Positions 48,234 through 57,254 of a stretch of 64,000 nucleotides of DNA are shown one piece after another. The number at the start of each line of letters is the position of its first letter. Within the stretch, counting starts at the first letter, position 1. A model generated the notes under the pieces. That model was not told where the DNA came from. It saw nothing but the letters and a program-made list of their open reading frames with translations, and searched no databases. Both the position numbers and the translations under genes were made by a program. The stretch lies in the NCBI GenBank assembly GCA_948468595.1, contig CAOKIU010000005.1, positions 1,730 through 65,729 of the forward strand. The letters run 5' to 3'. Origin of the DNA: an uncultured Christensenella sp. (GTDB lineage: Bacteria > Bacillota > Clostridia > Christensenellales > UBA1750).

Positions 48234-48314
48234 GTGAAATACGCATTATCAGCAAATTATCGAAATGGCAAGGATGGAGCCATTCTATATCTAGCAATCG
48301 GAAAGGGAGGTTGA
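48234..48314 (+). CDS. 26-codon ORF with a strong SD after the ATP-grasp gene (peptide or truncated gene start)
   Basis: AAGGAGA lies 6 nt before GTG 48234. Translation (M)KYALSANYRNGKDGAILYLAIGKGG*. Confidence 0.25.
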   Translation: MKYALSANYRNGKDGAILYLAIGKGG

Positions 48315-48408
48315 AAGCCTCATTAACTGTGGATTGCAAATGCATATGTTCCAAATTAGCATTTCCGATCTGGGCTTGACGTATGTTTCACCTATAATAC
48401 TTGACACC

Positions 48409-49031
48409 CCCCATAATTCTCGCGCAGCTTCTCCACCAGATCGCGCGAAAACAGCGGCCTGCGTTCCATCAGGATAACGAGCCCCCTCGATGCGCTGCTC
48501 CGGGTTCAACTTGCGCTGCACCCTATAAATGGTCTGGAGCAGCATCTACAAACCCGCCGTAGAAATATACCGCGGCTGCGTGGGAATCATTACGGAATCC
48601 ACCGTGCCAGCGCGTTTATCGTCAGTACGTTCAGCGACGGCTGACAGTCGATGATCACATCGTCGAACTGCTCCTTCCCCCCCTCCAGAACCCGCCGCAG
48701 CACGCGCCGCCCGAACTCATTGGGCAGCGCCGCCTCGTACCCCGACAACTGAATGGACGCAGGCACCAGCCTCACATCTTCCCGGCAGTCCATTATGCCT
48801 TCGCCCTGCGCAAGGTGCTCCTCCCACACGGTCTTGTCCAACAGCGTGGCGATGGTGGTCCCCGGATTGTCCAGGTTGGCTCCCCAAGCTCATGGTCAGG
48901 TTCTCCTGCGGATCCAGATCGATGAGCAGCACGCGCCGCCCTGCATCCGCCAGCCTCACGCCCAGATTGTGCGCGGTGCACGTCTTTCCTACGCCGCCCT
49001 TCTGGTTGGCAATGGCAATCACTTTGGTCAT
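48409..49031 (-). pseudogene. parA: ParA/Soj-family ATPase pseudogene (three frameshifts, one TAG, 3'-truncated)
   Basis: [24 protein letters not shown]...[16 protein letters not shown], then the frame changes near 48877, 48600 and 48478. An in-frame TAG lies at about 48546-48548. Homology ends at ...LRENYGG where AT-rich DNA begins. Confidence 0.8.
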
Positions 49032-49219
49032 ACTACCGCCCTTTTGCTTCACAAAAAAGGATACTGCGAGATGCAGTACCCTACTTAGCCGCTATTCTTT
49101 TGTGTCCTCATTAAACGACCTCAACGACCACTGAGACGGTTATGATCTTTTACAGCCCCCTCTTTCAATGATTCGGCCTGACTGTATCGAATGCGGTATG
49201 GTCAATAAAATGTTGAATT

Positions 49220-50587
49220 CTATGGTTCCGCCCGCTGTATCAACGCCACGCATTCGACCTCCCCGGTCCAGGGGAACATATCCACCGGCTGCACCTTTTT
49301 GAGCGCATACCCCAACCCCGCAAGCCGCCCGGCGTCCCTTGCCAGGGTCGCGGGGTTGCAGGACACGTAGACGATGCGCGCCGGGCCGCTGTTCGCCGCG
49401 GCGCTAAGGACCGCCTCCTCACAGCCCTTGCGGGGCGGGTCCAGCACCACGACTTCCGGCCGCAAGCCGTCTTGAACCAGGCGGGGCAGCACCGCCTCGC
49501 AGGCGCCTAAAAGGAATTCGACGTTGTCAATCCCGTTTGCCTTCGCGTTATCGCGCGCGTCGCGCACGGCGTCGGGCACGATTTCGATGCCCAGCACCCG
49601 GCGCGCACGGCGCGCCAGCACCATGCCGATGGCGCCCGCGCCGCAATAGGCGTCCACCGCCACCTCGCCGCCGTCAAGGCCCGAAAACTCCGCCGCCTGC
49701 GCGTAGAGCCGCTCCGCCTGGCGCGTGTTGACCTGGAAAAACGAAAGCGGCGACAGGCTGAATTTCAGCCCCAGGAGCTCCTCCTCCAGCCGGTCCTGGC
49801 CCCAAATCAGCCGGTTGCGCGGGCCGAGGATCTCCTGCGTGCGCCGGGAATTGACGTTTAAGATGACGCTGCTAAGGCCGGGAACCTCCGCCCGCAGCGC
49901 CGCTGCCAGCGCCGCCGTGTTGGGCAGGTTCTCCCTGGCCGCCACCAGCACCGCCATGGTCTGACCCCGGCTGTTAGTGCGCACGCACAGGTGACGGAGC
50001 AGGCCCCTGCCCGTTCGCTCGTCATAGGGCGGAATGCGCTGGGCCCGCATCCACGCCTCCACGGCGCGCGCCACGCTGCGCGCCTGCGGGCTTTGCAAAA
50101 GGCAGTCCGTTGCCGCCACCAGGCGGTGCGTGCCGCGGGCGACAAAGCCCAGGCGCGGCCCGTCCTCGGCCATGCCCGCACGGTAGACCGCCTTGTTGCG
50201 GTAGCGCCAGGGATCGTCCATGCCGAGCGGGGGCAGCAGCGCAAAGTCCGTCAGCCCTGCCACGCGGCGGAAGGTTTGCTTAACGCCCTCCCCCAGCGCG
50301 TTCAGGTGCGCCGCATAGTCCATAAACTGCATCCGGCACCCGCCGCACGCCGCGTAGACAGGGCAGGGCGGGTCCGCGCGCCCCGGCGCGGCGTCAAGCA
50401 CGCGCAGCACTCTGGCCGCGGCGTACCGGGGCTGGACCTGGGTGATCTCCGCCTCCACGCGCTCGCCGGGCAGCGCGCCCTCCACCAGCACCGCAAGCCC
50501 CTCCACGACCGCAACGCCAGTCCCCGCTCCGCCCGCGCGCTCGATCGCAAGGATCAGGCGCTCGCCCTTTTTTACCGGATATTCCAT
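49220..50587 (-). CDS. rlmD: 23S rRNA (uracil-5-)-methyltransferase RlmD/RumA (TRAM plus SAM MTase)
   Basis: Start MEYPVKKGERL follows AAGGAG. Cys cluster CPVYAACGGC, FFQVN, DAYCGAG, and a C-terminal PVDMFPWTGEVECVA. Confidence 0.9.
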   Translation of the reverse strand: MEYPVKKGERLILAIERAGGAGTGVAVVEGLAVLVEGALPGERVEAEITQVQPRYAAARVLRVLDAAPGRADPPCPVYAACGGCRMQFMDYAAHLNALGEGVKQTFRRVAGLTDFALLPPLGMDDPWRYRNKAVYRAGMAEDGPRLGFVARGTHRLVAATDCLLQSPQARSVARAVEAWMRAQRIPPYDERTGRGLLRHLCVRTNSRGQTMAVLVAARENLPNTAALAAALRAEVPGLSSVILNVNSRRTQEILGPRNRLIWGQDRLEEELLGLKFSLSPLSFFQVNTRQAERLYAQAAEFSGLDGGEVAVDAYCGAGAIGMVLARRARRVLGIEIVPDAVRDARDNAKANGIDNVEFLLGACEAVLPRLVQDGLRPEVVVLDPPRKGCEEAVLSAAANSGPARIVYVSCNPATLARDAGRLAGLGYALKKVQPVDMFPWTGEVECVALIQRAEP

Positions 50588-50723
50588 GTCTATGCGCTCC
50601 TTTACTTTTTGCATCCGGCGCGGTATAGTAGGGGATGGGCCGCGCCGGAACCCGTTCCCGCCGTATCAATGAAGGAATGCGCGCGACGCCGCTTTGGACG
50701 CGCGCAGGGAACGCGGGCCGCGC

Positions 50724-51701
50724 CTACGCCTCGGGGGTGAAGTCCACCTCCCCAATCACGCGCACCGCGCCATCGTCCGTGACCAAGATGGCGGCGGCAT
50801 CCGGGAAGCGCGTCTCCAGGATGCGCGCGGCATCCTCCTCGCCCGCGACAAAGAGCGCGGTGGACAGCGCATCGGCCACAAGCCCGCTGTCGTCAATCAC
50901 AGTCACGGAGGCAAGGCCGCTTTGTGCCGGCGCGCCGGTCTTGGGGTCGAGAATGTGGTGATAGACCACGCCGTCCTGGACGAAGAACCGCTGCGCCCCG
51001 CTGGAGGTAGCCACCGCCTTGCCGCCATAGAGGGCGACGCGGCCCACATAGCCCGCCCCAAAGGGCGAGTCGATGGCCACCACCCAGGGCCCGCCGCCGG
51101 GCTTGTCCCCGAGGGTGACGACGTTGCCGCCCAGGTTGATCAGCGCGCTCTTGACGCCCCTATCCGCAAGGCACGCGGCGGCCTCGTCCCCGATGGCGCC
51201 CTTGGCCACCGCGCCCAGGTCCAGGTGCGCCCCGCCCGCCAGCACGCCCTCCGGGGCGATGGTCACGGCCTCCACGCCCGGCCGGTCCAGCGCGCGGGCG
51301 ATCTCCTCCGCGGCCGGCGCCCGCGCATTTTCGCTCTTGTAATCCCAAAGCGCCGATACGTCCATCAGCGCAATATCCAAATTGCCCTCGGTCTGCTTAC
51401 AGATGTCAAGGGCGGCCTTGAGCACGCGCACGGTCAGCGCGTCCACCGGCACCGCCTCCGGCCCGCCGGCATTGATGCGGGCAATGTCGCTGTCCTCAAT
51501 GTGCGCCGAGAGCCGCTTTTCACAAGCGTCCACCCTGGTAAGCGCCGCCTGCGCGTCCTCCTCCCCGCCGCCAAAGACCTGCACCGTCACCACCGTGTCC
51601 AGGGCAAAGCTCTGCCGCGTCACGGCGCGCGGCGCGCAGCCGCTGAGCGACAGGCCGGCCAGCAGGGCCAAAAGGGCGCACAGAATTCTCCTCATAGCCA
51701 T
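50724..51701 (-). CDS. apbE: FAD:protein FMN transferase ApbE lipoprotein
   Basis: Lipobox LLAGLSLSGC, then ALDTVVTVQVFG and HHILDPKTG. Confidence 0.9.
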   Translation of the reverse strand: MAMRRILCALLALLAGLSLSGCAPRAVTRQSFALDTVVTVQVFGGGEEDAQAALTRVDACEKRLSAHIEDSDIARINAGGPEAVPVDALTVRVLKAALDICKQTEGNLDIALMDVSALWDYKSENARAPAAEEIARALDRPGVEAVTIAPEGVLAGGAHLDLGAVAKGAIGDEAAACLADRGVKSALINLGGNVVTLGDKPGGGPWVVAIDSPFGAGYVGRVALYGGKAVATSSGAQRFFVQDGVVYHHILDPKTGAPAQSGLASVTVIDDSGLVADALSTALFVAGEEDAARILETRFPDAAAILVTDDGAVRVIGEVDFTPEA

Positions 51702-51779
51702 TTTACTCCCTCCCCGGGACGCGCCCGGCACGCCCTTAGCCTACCGCATCCCCTCCCCCTTTGTCAACGAGGAACGGAC

Positions 51780-52136
51780 ATGAAAAAAGGCGATCTCATC
51801 ATTCTGGGGTTGGCGCTGGTCCTGGCGGCCGCGCCGCTGACGCTGTTTTTGACGCCCGCGGCGCCGCCCGCCCGCGCCGTGGTGCGCATCAACGGCGGCG
51901 TTGTTCGCGCGCTGCCGCTGGAGACGGACGCGCTCATCTCCTTTGACGAATGCGGCTACAACCGCGTGCGCGTGCGCGGCGGCGCGGTGTTTATCGAGGA
52001 GGCGGACTGCCCGGACGGCGCCTGCATGCGCATGGGCCCCATCCGCCATACCGGCGAGACCATCACCTGCCTGCCCAACCGCCTCACCGTCACCATCGAG
52101 GGCGCGGCGCAGGGCGTGGACGCGGTGACGCGATGA
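51780..52136 (+). CDS. NusG domain II-containing membrane-anchored protein
   Basis: MKKGDLIILGLALVLAA TM segment, then CPDGACMRMGPIRHTGETITCLPNRL. Confidence 0.8.
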   Translation: MKKGDLIILGLALVLAAAPLTLFLTPAAPPARAVVRINGGVVRALPLETDALISFDECGYNRVRVRGGAVFIEEADCPDGACMRMGPIRHTGETITCLPNRLTVTIEGAAQGVDAVTR

Positions 52137-52639
52137 GGCCCGGCATGAAAAAAACGCATCGTCTGGTCTTCTGCGCGCTGCTATCCACCTTTGCCGTGGC
52201 GCTATCCTACGTCGAGTCGCTCTTCCCGCTGCCGCTGCCGGGCGCGCGCCTGGGCCTGGGGAACGCGATGGTGCTGCTGACGCTGATCACCATGGGCGGC
52301 GGCGCGGCGGCCCTGGTGCTGGCGAGCAAGGTGGCGCTCTCCGCGCTGCTGTTTGGCACGCCGCTGTCCTTCCTCTACAGCGCGGTGGGCGGCGCGCTCT
52401 CGCTCGCGGCCATGACGCTCACCGGGCGGCTTCGCTGCGTGACCCCGGTGGGGCAGTCCATTGCCGGCGCGGTGCTGCACAGCCTGGGGCAGGTGCTGCT
52501 GGCCATGCTCCTGACGGCGACGCCCCAGCTCCTCCTTTATTTTACGCCCCTTTGCCTGCTCTCCATCTTAACCGGCGGGCTTTCGGGGCTGGCGGCGCGG
52601 CTGTGCGCCGCCAAGATCGAGCGTTTTGCAGGGAGATAA
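52133..52639 (+). CDS. Gx transporter family protein (heptaprenyl diphosphate synthase component I-like)
   Basis: ATGA overlap with the upstream gene (alternative start at 52145). Polytopic; YVESLFPLPLPGARLGLGN. Confidence 0.75.
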   Translation: MRPGMKKTHRLVFCALLSTFAVALSYVESLFPLPLPGARLGLGNAMVLLTLITMGGGAAALVLASKVALSALLFGTPLSFLYSAVGGALSLAAMTLTGRLRCVTPVGQSIAGAVLHSLGQVLLAMLLTATPQLLLYFTPLCLLSILTGGLSGLAARLCAAKIERFAGR

Positions 52640-52642
52640 ACC

Positions 52643-53908
52643 ATGACGGAAACGAGAAAAATGCCCGCTTACATGCGGCACATCTTCTGGCTTTGCTTTC
52701 TGGTCTACTCGGTGACCTATATCGGCCGGTACAACTATTCCGCCGCCATTCCGGCCATGACGCTGGACGGCTTTGACAAGGGCCTGCTGGGGCTTTACGG
52801 CACGGGGTTTTTCATCTGCTACGGCGTGGGCCAGTTGGTCTCCGGCGTGCTGGGCGATCACATCCCGCCGCGGCACATGATCACCGTGGGCCTGATCGGC
52901 TCGGGCGCGGTCAACCTGCTCATGGGTCTGGTTCCGCCGGGGATGCACTGGCTCTGGTGCATAAACGGCCTGCTTCAGTCCATGCTCTGGTCCCCCATCG
53001 CGCGGCTTTTGGCCGAGTGGCTGCCCCTTGCGCAGTGCAAGCGCGCCATGGTCAACATCTCCTTTACCATGGCCGTCGGGGCGCTGGCCGCCTATGGCCT
53101 GGCGGCGCTGATGCTGCTCCTGCTCTCCTGGCGCTGGGTGTTCCTGGCGGCGGCGCTCTGCCTCATCGCCTGCGGCGCGGTCTGGGCGGCGTGCATGAGC
53201 CGCATCGAGACCCGCAACGCCCACAAGCGCATCGTCTACCAAGCAGGCCCCGATCAGGAGGAGGCCGGCCCCGCCGGCATGCCGCTCGCGCGCGTGGTCC
53301 TGCTCTCCGGCCTGCTCGTTGTGGGGGTGGCGCTGATGAGCGACGGCATCCTAAAGGACGGGGTGAGCATGTGGATCCCCACGTACCTGACCGAGCAGTT
53401 CGGCCTGGGCGCGGCCGCATCGTCGCTGGCGGCCACGCTCCTGCCCGTTTTGAACCTGTTGGGCATTTATCTTACCGACCGGCTCAACCGGGTGGTCAAG
53501 GACGAGATCAAAACCTCCTCCATCCTCTTTGCCGTGGCCTCCCTGGCGCTGGTGGCGCTCGCCTTTGCCCAGGGCAGCATGCTGCTGTCCCTGTTGCTGC
53601 TGGGCCTTACCATGATGTGCGCCCTGGGCGTGAACATGATGCTGCTGGGCATGCTGCCCATGTACTTTGTGCGCCTGAAGAAGACCTCCACCATCTCCGG
53701 CCTGCTCAACACCTGCGTGCACGCGGCCTCCTCCATCTCCTCCTACGGCATCGCGGCCATCTCCACCTACTTTGGCTGGGGCGTCACCATCCTGACCTGG
53801 GTGGGGGTGACGGCGCTGGGCCTGGTTTGCACGCTGGCGGTGCGCCGCCGCTTTTACGCCTTTGCCAGCCGCATTCAAGGCACGGCGGAGGAGACCGCCT
53901 CGTCCTAA
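52643..53908 (+). CDS. MFS transporter, organophosphate:Pi antiporter (GlpT/UhpC)-like
   Basis: YIGRYNYSAAIPAM motif; 12 TM segments. Confidence 0.8.
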   Translation: MTETRKMPAYMRHIFWLCFLVYSVTYIGRYNYSAAIPAMTLDGFDKGLLGLYGTGFFICYGVGQLVSGVLGDHIPPRHMITVGLIGSGAVNLLMGLVPPGMHWLWCINGLLQSMLWSPIARLLAEWLPLAQCKRAMVNISFTMAVGALAAYGLAALMLLLLSWRWVFLAAALCLIACGAVWAACMSRIETRNAHKRIVYQAGPDQEEAGPAGMPLARVVLLSGLLVVGVALMSDGILKDGVSMWIPTYLTEQFGLGAAASSLAATLLPVLNLLGIYLTDRLNRVVKDEIKTSSILFAVASLALVALAFAQGSMLLSLLLLGLTMMCALGVNMMLLGMLPMYFVRLKKTSTISGLLNTCVHAASSISSYGIAAISTYFGWGVTILTWVGVTALGLVCTLAVRRRFYAFASRIQGTAEETASS

Positions 53909-53914
53909 CGCAAA

Positions 53915-53952
53915 GCCGCCCGATCTGTGCAAGTCAGATCGGGCGGCTTTTT
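53915..53952 (+). terminator. rho-independent terminator (also lies downstream of the convergent amidase gene)
   Basis: 13-bp stem GCCGCCCGATCTG/CAGATCGGGCGGC followed by TTTTT. Confidence 0.85.
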
Positions 53953-53976
53953 ACCCTTCGGAATTTTTCTAACCCT

Positions 53977-55305
53977 TTAGGTCTTTAACCTCGGGGGGCT
54001 AAAGGGCTGACAATACGTTTCCACGGTCAGGGCGGCGGCCAAGAGTCTGCGCTCGTCCGCGCCGTAGAGTATAATGCCCTGCGGGAGGCCATCCTCCCCC
54101 GCGCACAATTTCAGCGCCAGAGAAGGCAATCCCACAAAATGCATGACGTTGGTCGGCCCCGTCATGACGCATGCGTCAAAATCCTCCAACTCCCGGACGA
54201 CCTGATCGCGCACTCGCGCGCGCTGCGCCATCGCCTCCTTGTACTCCGGATCATCGACGCTCTTTTGGGCGGCCTCCTGCAAGTGGGATATGCCGTATTT
54301 CATCATGGTTTGGGGGTTGGCCTCGTAAAAGGCGATGATCTCCCCCAGGGTCTTCCGTTTTGCGGACGAACGCGAAAGATAGCGCTCCAAGTCTCGCCTA
54401 AATTCGCATTGCATTATCCACATCTGCCAGGGAGAATAGGGCTGTGTCAGCGCGGAAAAGCGCGCGCCATCGCTTCTCATGGCATCGAAGAGCCGCTCAT
54501 ATTCCCTGAACCGCGCCTCCGACACCCTCTCCCGGTTGTATAGGTTGACGCCGATTTTTAATTCCCTTGCAGGGATCGGCTGAATCGGGGCAAAGGGCTT
54601 GTCCGACATCGCGCGATAGCACAAAATCGCATCCGACAGATCCTTGCTCAGCGCCCCCGGCGCGTCCAATGTGCTGGCTATGGGCACGATCCCCTCGGAA
54701 GATAGGGCGGCAAACGGCGGTTTGAAGCCGGCTAGGCCGTTTTCCGCGGCGCAGGCGACGATGGAAAAGGAGGTGTCGGTCCCGGCCGCCATGGCGCAAA
54801 ACCCGGCCGAAACCGCTACCGCCGAGCCCGTGCTCGACCCGCCGGGGTCTTTTTGGCGGCCATAGGCGCTGATCACCGCGCCGCCTCTGGAGCTATAGCC
54901 GTTTGGCATGCCCTGCGTTGTGAAATTGGCAAACTCCGTCATATTGGTCTTGCCCAAGATAATGCCGCCGTTGCGCACCATGTTTTCCACAACGGGCGCG
55001 TTGGTCCGCGCCCGATTGTCCGCCAAGGCCATGCTTCCTGCCGTTGTATGCAGCCCGGCGACGTCGATATTGTCCTTGACCAGCAGGGGAAGCCCAAACA
55101 ACAGGCCGTCGCGCCCCGACTTTTGCGCGTCCAGCTCCCTTGCCCGCTTTATGGCCGTCTCGTCAAGTTCGGCGATGGCGTTGAGCGCTTTGTCGTGCTT
55201 TTCAATGCGCGCAAGATAGGCGCGCGTCAATTCCTCCACGCCGATCGTTCTCTTTTGAATCGCCGCCCGCAGTTCCACGGCGGTCATTTTCAACAGTTCG
55301 TCCAT
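53977..55305 (-). CDS. amidase-signature family amidase
   Basis: LLVKDNIDVAG and GGSSTGSAVAVSAG. Confidence 0.85.
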   Translation of the reverse strand: MDELLKMTAVELRAAIQKRTIGVEELTRAYLARIEKHDKALNAIAELDETAIKRARELDAQKSGRDGLLFGLPLLVKDNIDVAGLHTTAGSMALADNRARTNAPVVENMVRNGGIILGKTNMTEFANFTTQGMPNGYSSRGGAVISAYGRQKDPGGSSTGSAVAVSAGFCAMAAGTDTSFSIVACAAENGLAGFKPPFAALSSEGIVPIASTLDAPGALSKDLSDAILCYRAMSDKPFAPIQPIPARELKIGVNLYNRERVSEARFREYERLFDAMRSDGARFSALTQPYSPWQMWIMQCEFRRDLERYLSRSSAKRKTLGEIIAFYEANPQTMMKYGISHLQEAAQKSVDDPEYKEAMAQRARVRDQVVRELEDFDACVMTGPTNVMHFVGLPSLALKLCAGEDGLPQGIILYGADERRLLAAALTVETYCQPFSPPRLKT

Positions 55306-55409
55306 GCCGCTGCCTCCCTATCCCGCATTCTGGGGGAGGGGCTAAACCGGCCCGCCTTCCCCCCGTCCATGGCTGTTGTATCGTGCTTCCGGCGCCCTGT
55401 GCCGGCGGC

Positions 55410-57251
55410 TCAGGCCTTGAGCGCGCGCATGGCGTTCAAGATGGCGATGACGGACACTCCCACATCGGCAAAGACGGCCAGCCACATGTTGGCCGCGCCC
55501 AGCGCGCCCAGGGCCAGCACCGCGCCCTTGACGCCCAGGGCGAAGACGATGTTCTGCCGGACAATGCGCAGCGTCTTCTTGGAGATCAGAATGGCCTGGG
55601 CAATCTTTGCGGGGTTGTCGTCCATCAGCACGACATCCGCCGCCTCAATGGCCGCGTCCGAGCCCAGCGCGCCCATGGCGATGCCAACATCCGCGCGGGT
55701 GAGCACGGGCGCATCGTTGATGCCGTCGCCCACAAAGGCCAGGCTGCCCCGGCCCGCGCCCGCGCGCATCAGCGCTTCCACGGCCGCAACCTTGTCCTGG
55801 GGCATCAGCTCCGCGCGGTAATCGTCCAAGCCCAGCTCGGCCGAGACGCGCGCGGCCACCTCCTCCCGGTCGCCGGTGAGCATCACCGTTCGGGTCACGC
55901 CCGCGGCGCGCAGCGCCTGCACCGCGTCCTTGGCGCCCGCCTTGACGGCGTCCGCGATGACGATGTAGCCCAGGTATTCCCCATCCCGCGCCACGTGCAC
56001 CACGGTGCCCGCCTCGCCGCGGCGCTTCTCCTTAAGGCCAAGGGCCGCCATCAGCTTGGCGTTGCCCACCCAAAGGGTGCTGCCCTCAAAGTCCGCCTGC
56101 ACGCCCTGGCCCGCGATTTCGCGCACATTTTCCACCTTTTCGCGCTCCACCCGGCCGCCGTAGGCCGCCATCAGCGACTGGGAGATGGGGTGGCTGGAAT
56201 AGCTCTCCGCCGCCGCGGCCAGGCGCAGAAGCTCCGCCTCTTCCATCTTTTCCGGATGAACGGCCGTGACGCGGAAGGCGCCCTCGGTCAGCGTTCCGGT
56301 CTTGTCAAAGACCACGGCGGAGCACTTGGAGAGGGTCTCCATGTAGTTGGCGCCCTTGATCAAAACGCCCTTGCGCGACGCCCCGCCGATGCCGCCAAAG
56401 AAGGAGAGCGGCACGGAGATCACCAGCGCGCAGGGGCAGGAGATCACCAGGAACGTGAGCGCCCGCAGCACCCAATCCCCCCAAGCGCCGTGGAACAAAA
56501 GGGGCGGAATCACCGCCAGCAGCGCCGCCGCCGCCACAACGGCAGGGGTGTAGACCCGGGCAAAGCGGGTGATGAAGTTCTCCGCCCGCGCCTTCTTGGA
56601 GGAGGCGTTTTCCACCATCTCCAGGATGCGCGAGACGGTGGACTGGGCAAACGGCTTGGTCACGCGCACCCGGATTAGCCCCGTGAGGTTGACGCAGCCG
56701 CTGAGCGCCTCCTCCCCCTCCTGGGCCTGGCGCGGCAGGGATTCGCCGGTGAGCGCGGCGGTATCCAGCGTCGTGCGCCCCGAAAGGATCACGCCGTCCA
56801 ACGGCACCTTTTCCCCGGCGCGAATGACGATGGTCTCCCCCACGCGCACCTCCTCGGGGTCCGCCTGGATGATTTCGCCCTCCCGCTCGACATTGGCGCT
56901 GTCGGGCCGGATGTCCATCAGCTCCGCAATGGAGGCGCGGCTCTTGCCCACCGCATAGCTTTGGAACAGCTCGCCCACCTGGTAAAACAGCATCACCGCC
57001 ACGGCCTCGGGCAGCTCGCCAATCGCCAGCGCGCCCACCGTGGCCAGCGCCATGAGGAAGTTCTCGTCAAACATCTGCCCGCGGAAAACCGAGCGCGCCG
57101 CGTCCCACAGAACGTCCCAGCCGATGAGCAGGTAGGGCGCCAGGAAGGCCCCAAGGCGCGCCGGCCCCTCCAGGGGGGACAGCGCCGCCGCCACGAGCAA
57201 CGCAAAGCTTACCAGGATGCGCACGAGCGTCTTTTTCTGCTTTTTGGTCAT
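55410..57251 (-). CDS. cadA: P1B-type heavy-metal (Cd/Zn-like) translocating ATPase lacking an N-terminal HMA domain
   Basis: CPC in VISCPCAL, phosphorylation site DKTGTLT, and GDGINDAP. Confidence 0.9.
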   Translation of the reverse strand: MTKKQKKTLVRILVSFALLVAAALSPLEGPARLGAFLAPYLLIGWDVLWDAARSVFRGQMFDENFLMALATVGALAIGELPEAVAVMLFYQVGELFQSYAVGKSRASIAELMDIRPDSANVEREGEIIQADPEEVRVGETIVIRAGEKVPLDGVILSGRTTLDTAALTGESLPRQAQEGEEALSGCVNLTGLIRVRVTKPFAQSTVSRILEMVENASSKKARAENFITRFARVYTPAVVAAAALLAVIPPLLFHGAWGDWVLRALTFLVISCPCALVISVPLSFFGGIGGASRKGVLIKGANYMETLSKCSAVVFDKTGTLTEGAFRVTAVHPEKMEEAELLRLAAAAESYSSHPISQSLMAAYGGRVEREKVENVREIAGQGVQADFEGSTLWVGNAKLMAALGLKEKRRGEAGTVVHVARDGEYLGYIVIADAVKAGAKDAVQALRAAGVTRTVMLTGDREEVAARVSAELGLDDYRAELMPQDKVAAVEALMRAGAGRGSLAFVGDGINDAPVLTRADVGIAMGALGSDAAIEAADVVLMDDNPAKIAQAILISKKTLRIVRQNIVFALGVKGAVLALGALGAANMWLAVFADVGVSVIAILNAMRALKA

Positions 57252-57254
57252 GGT

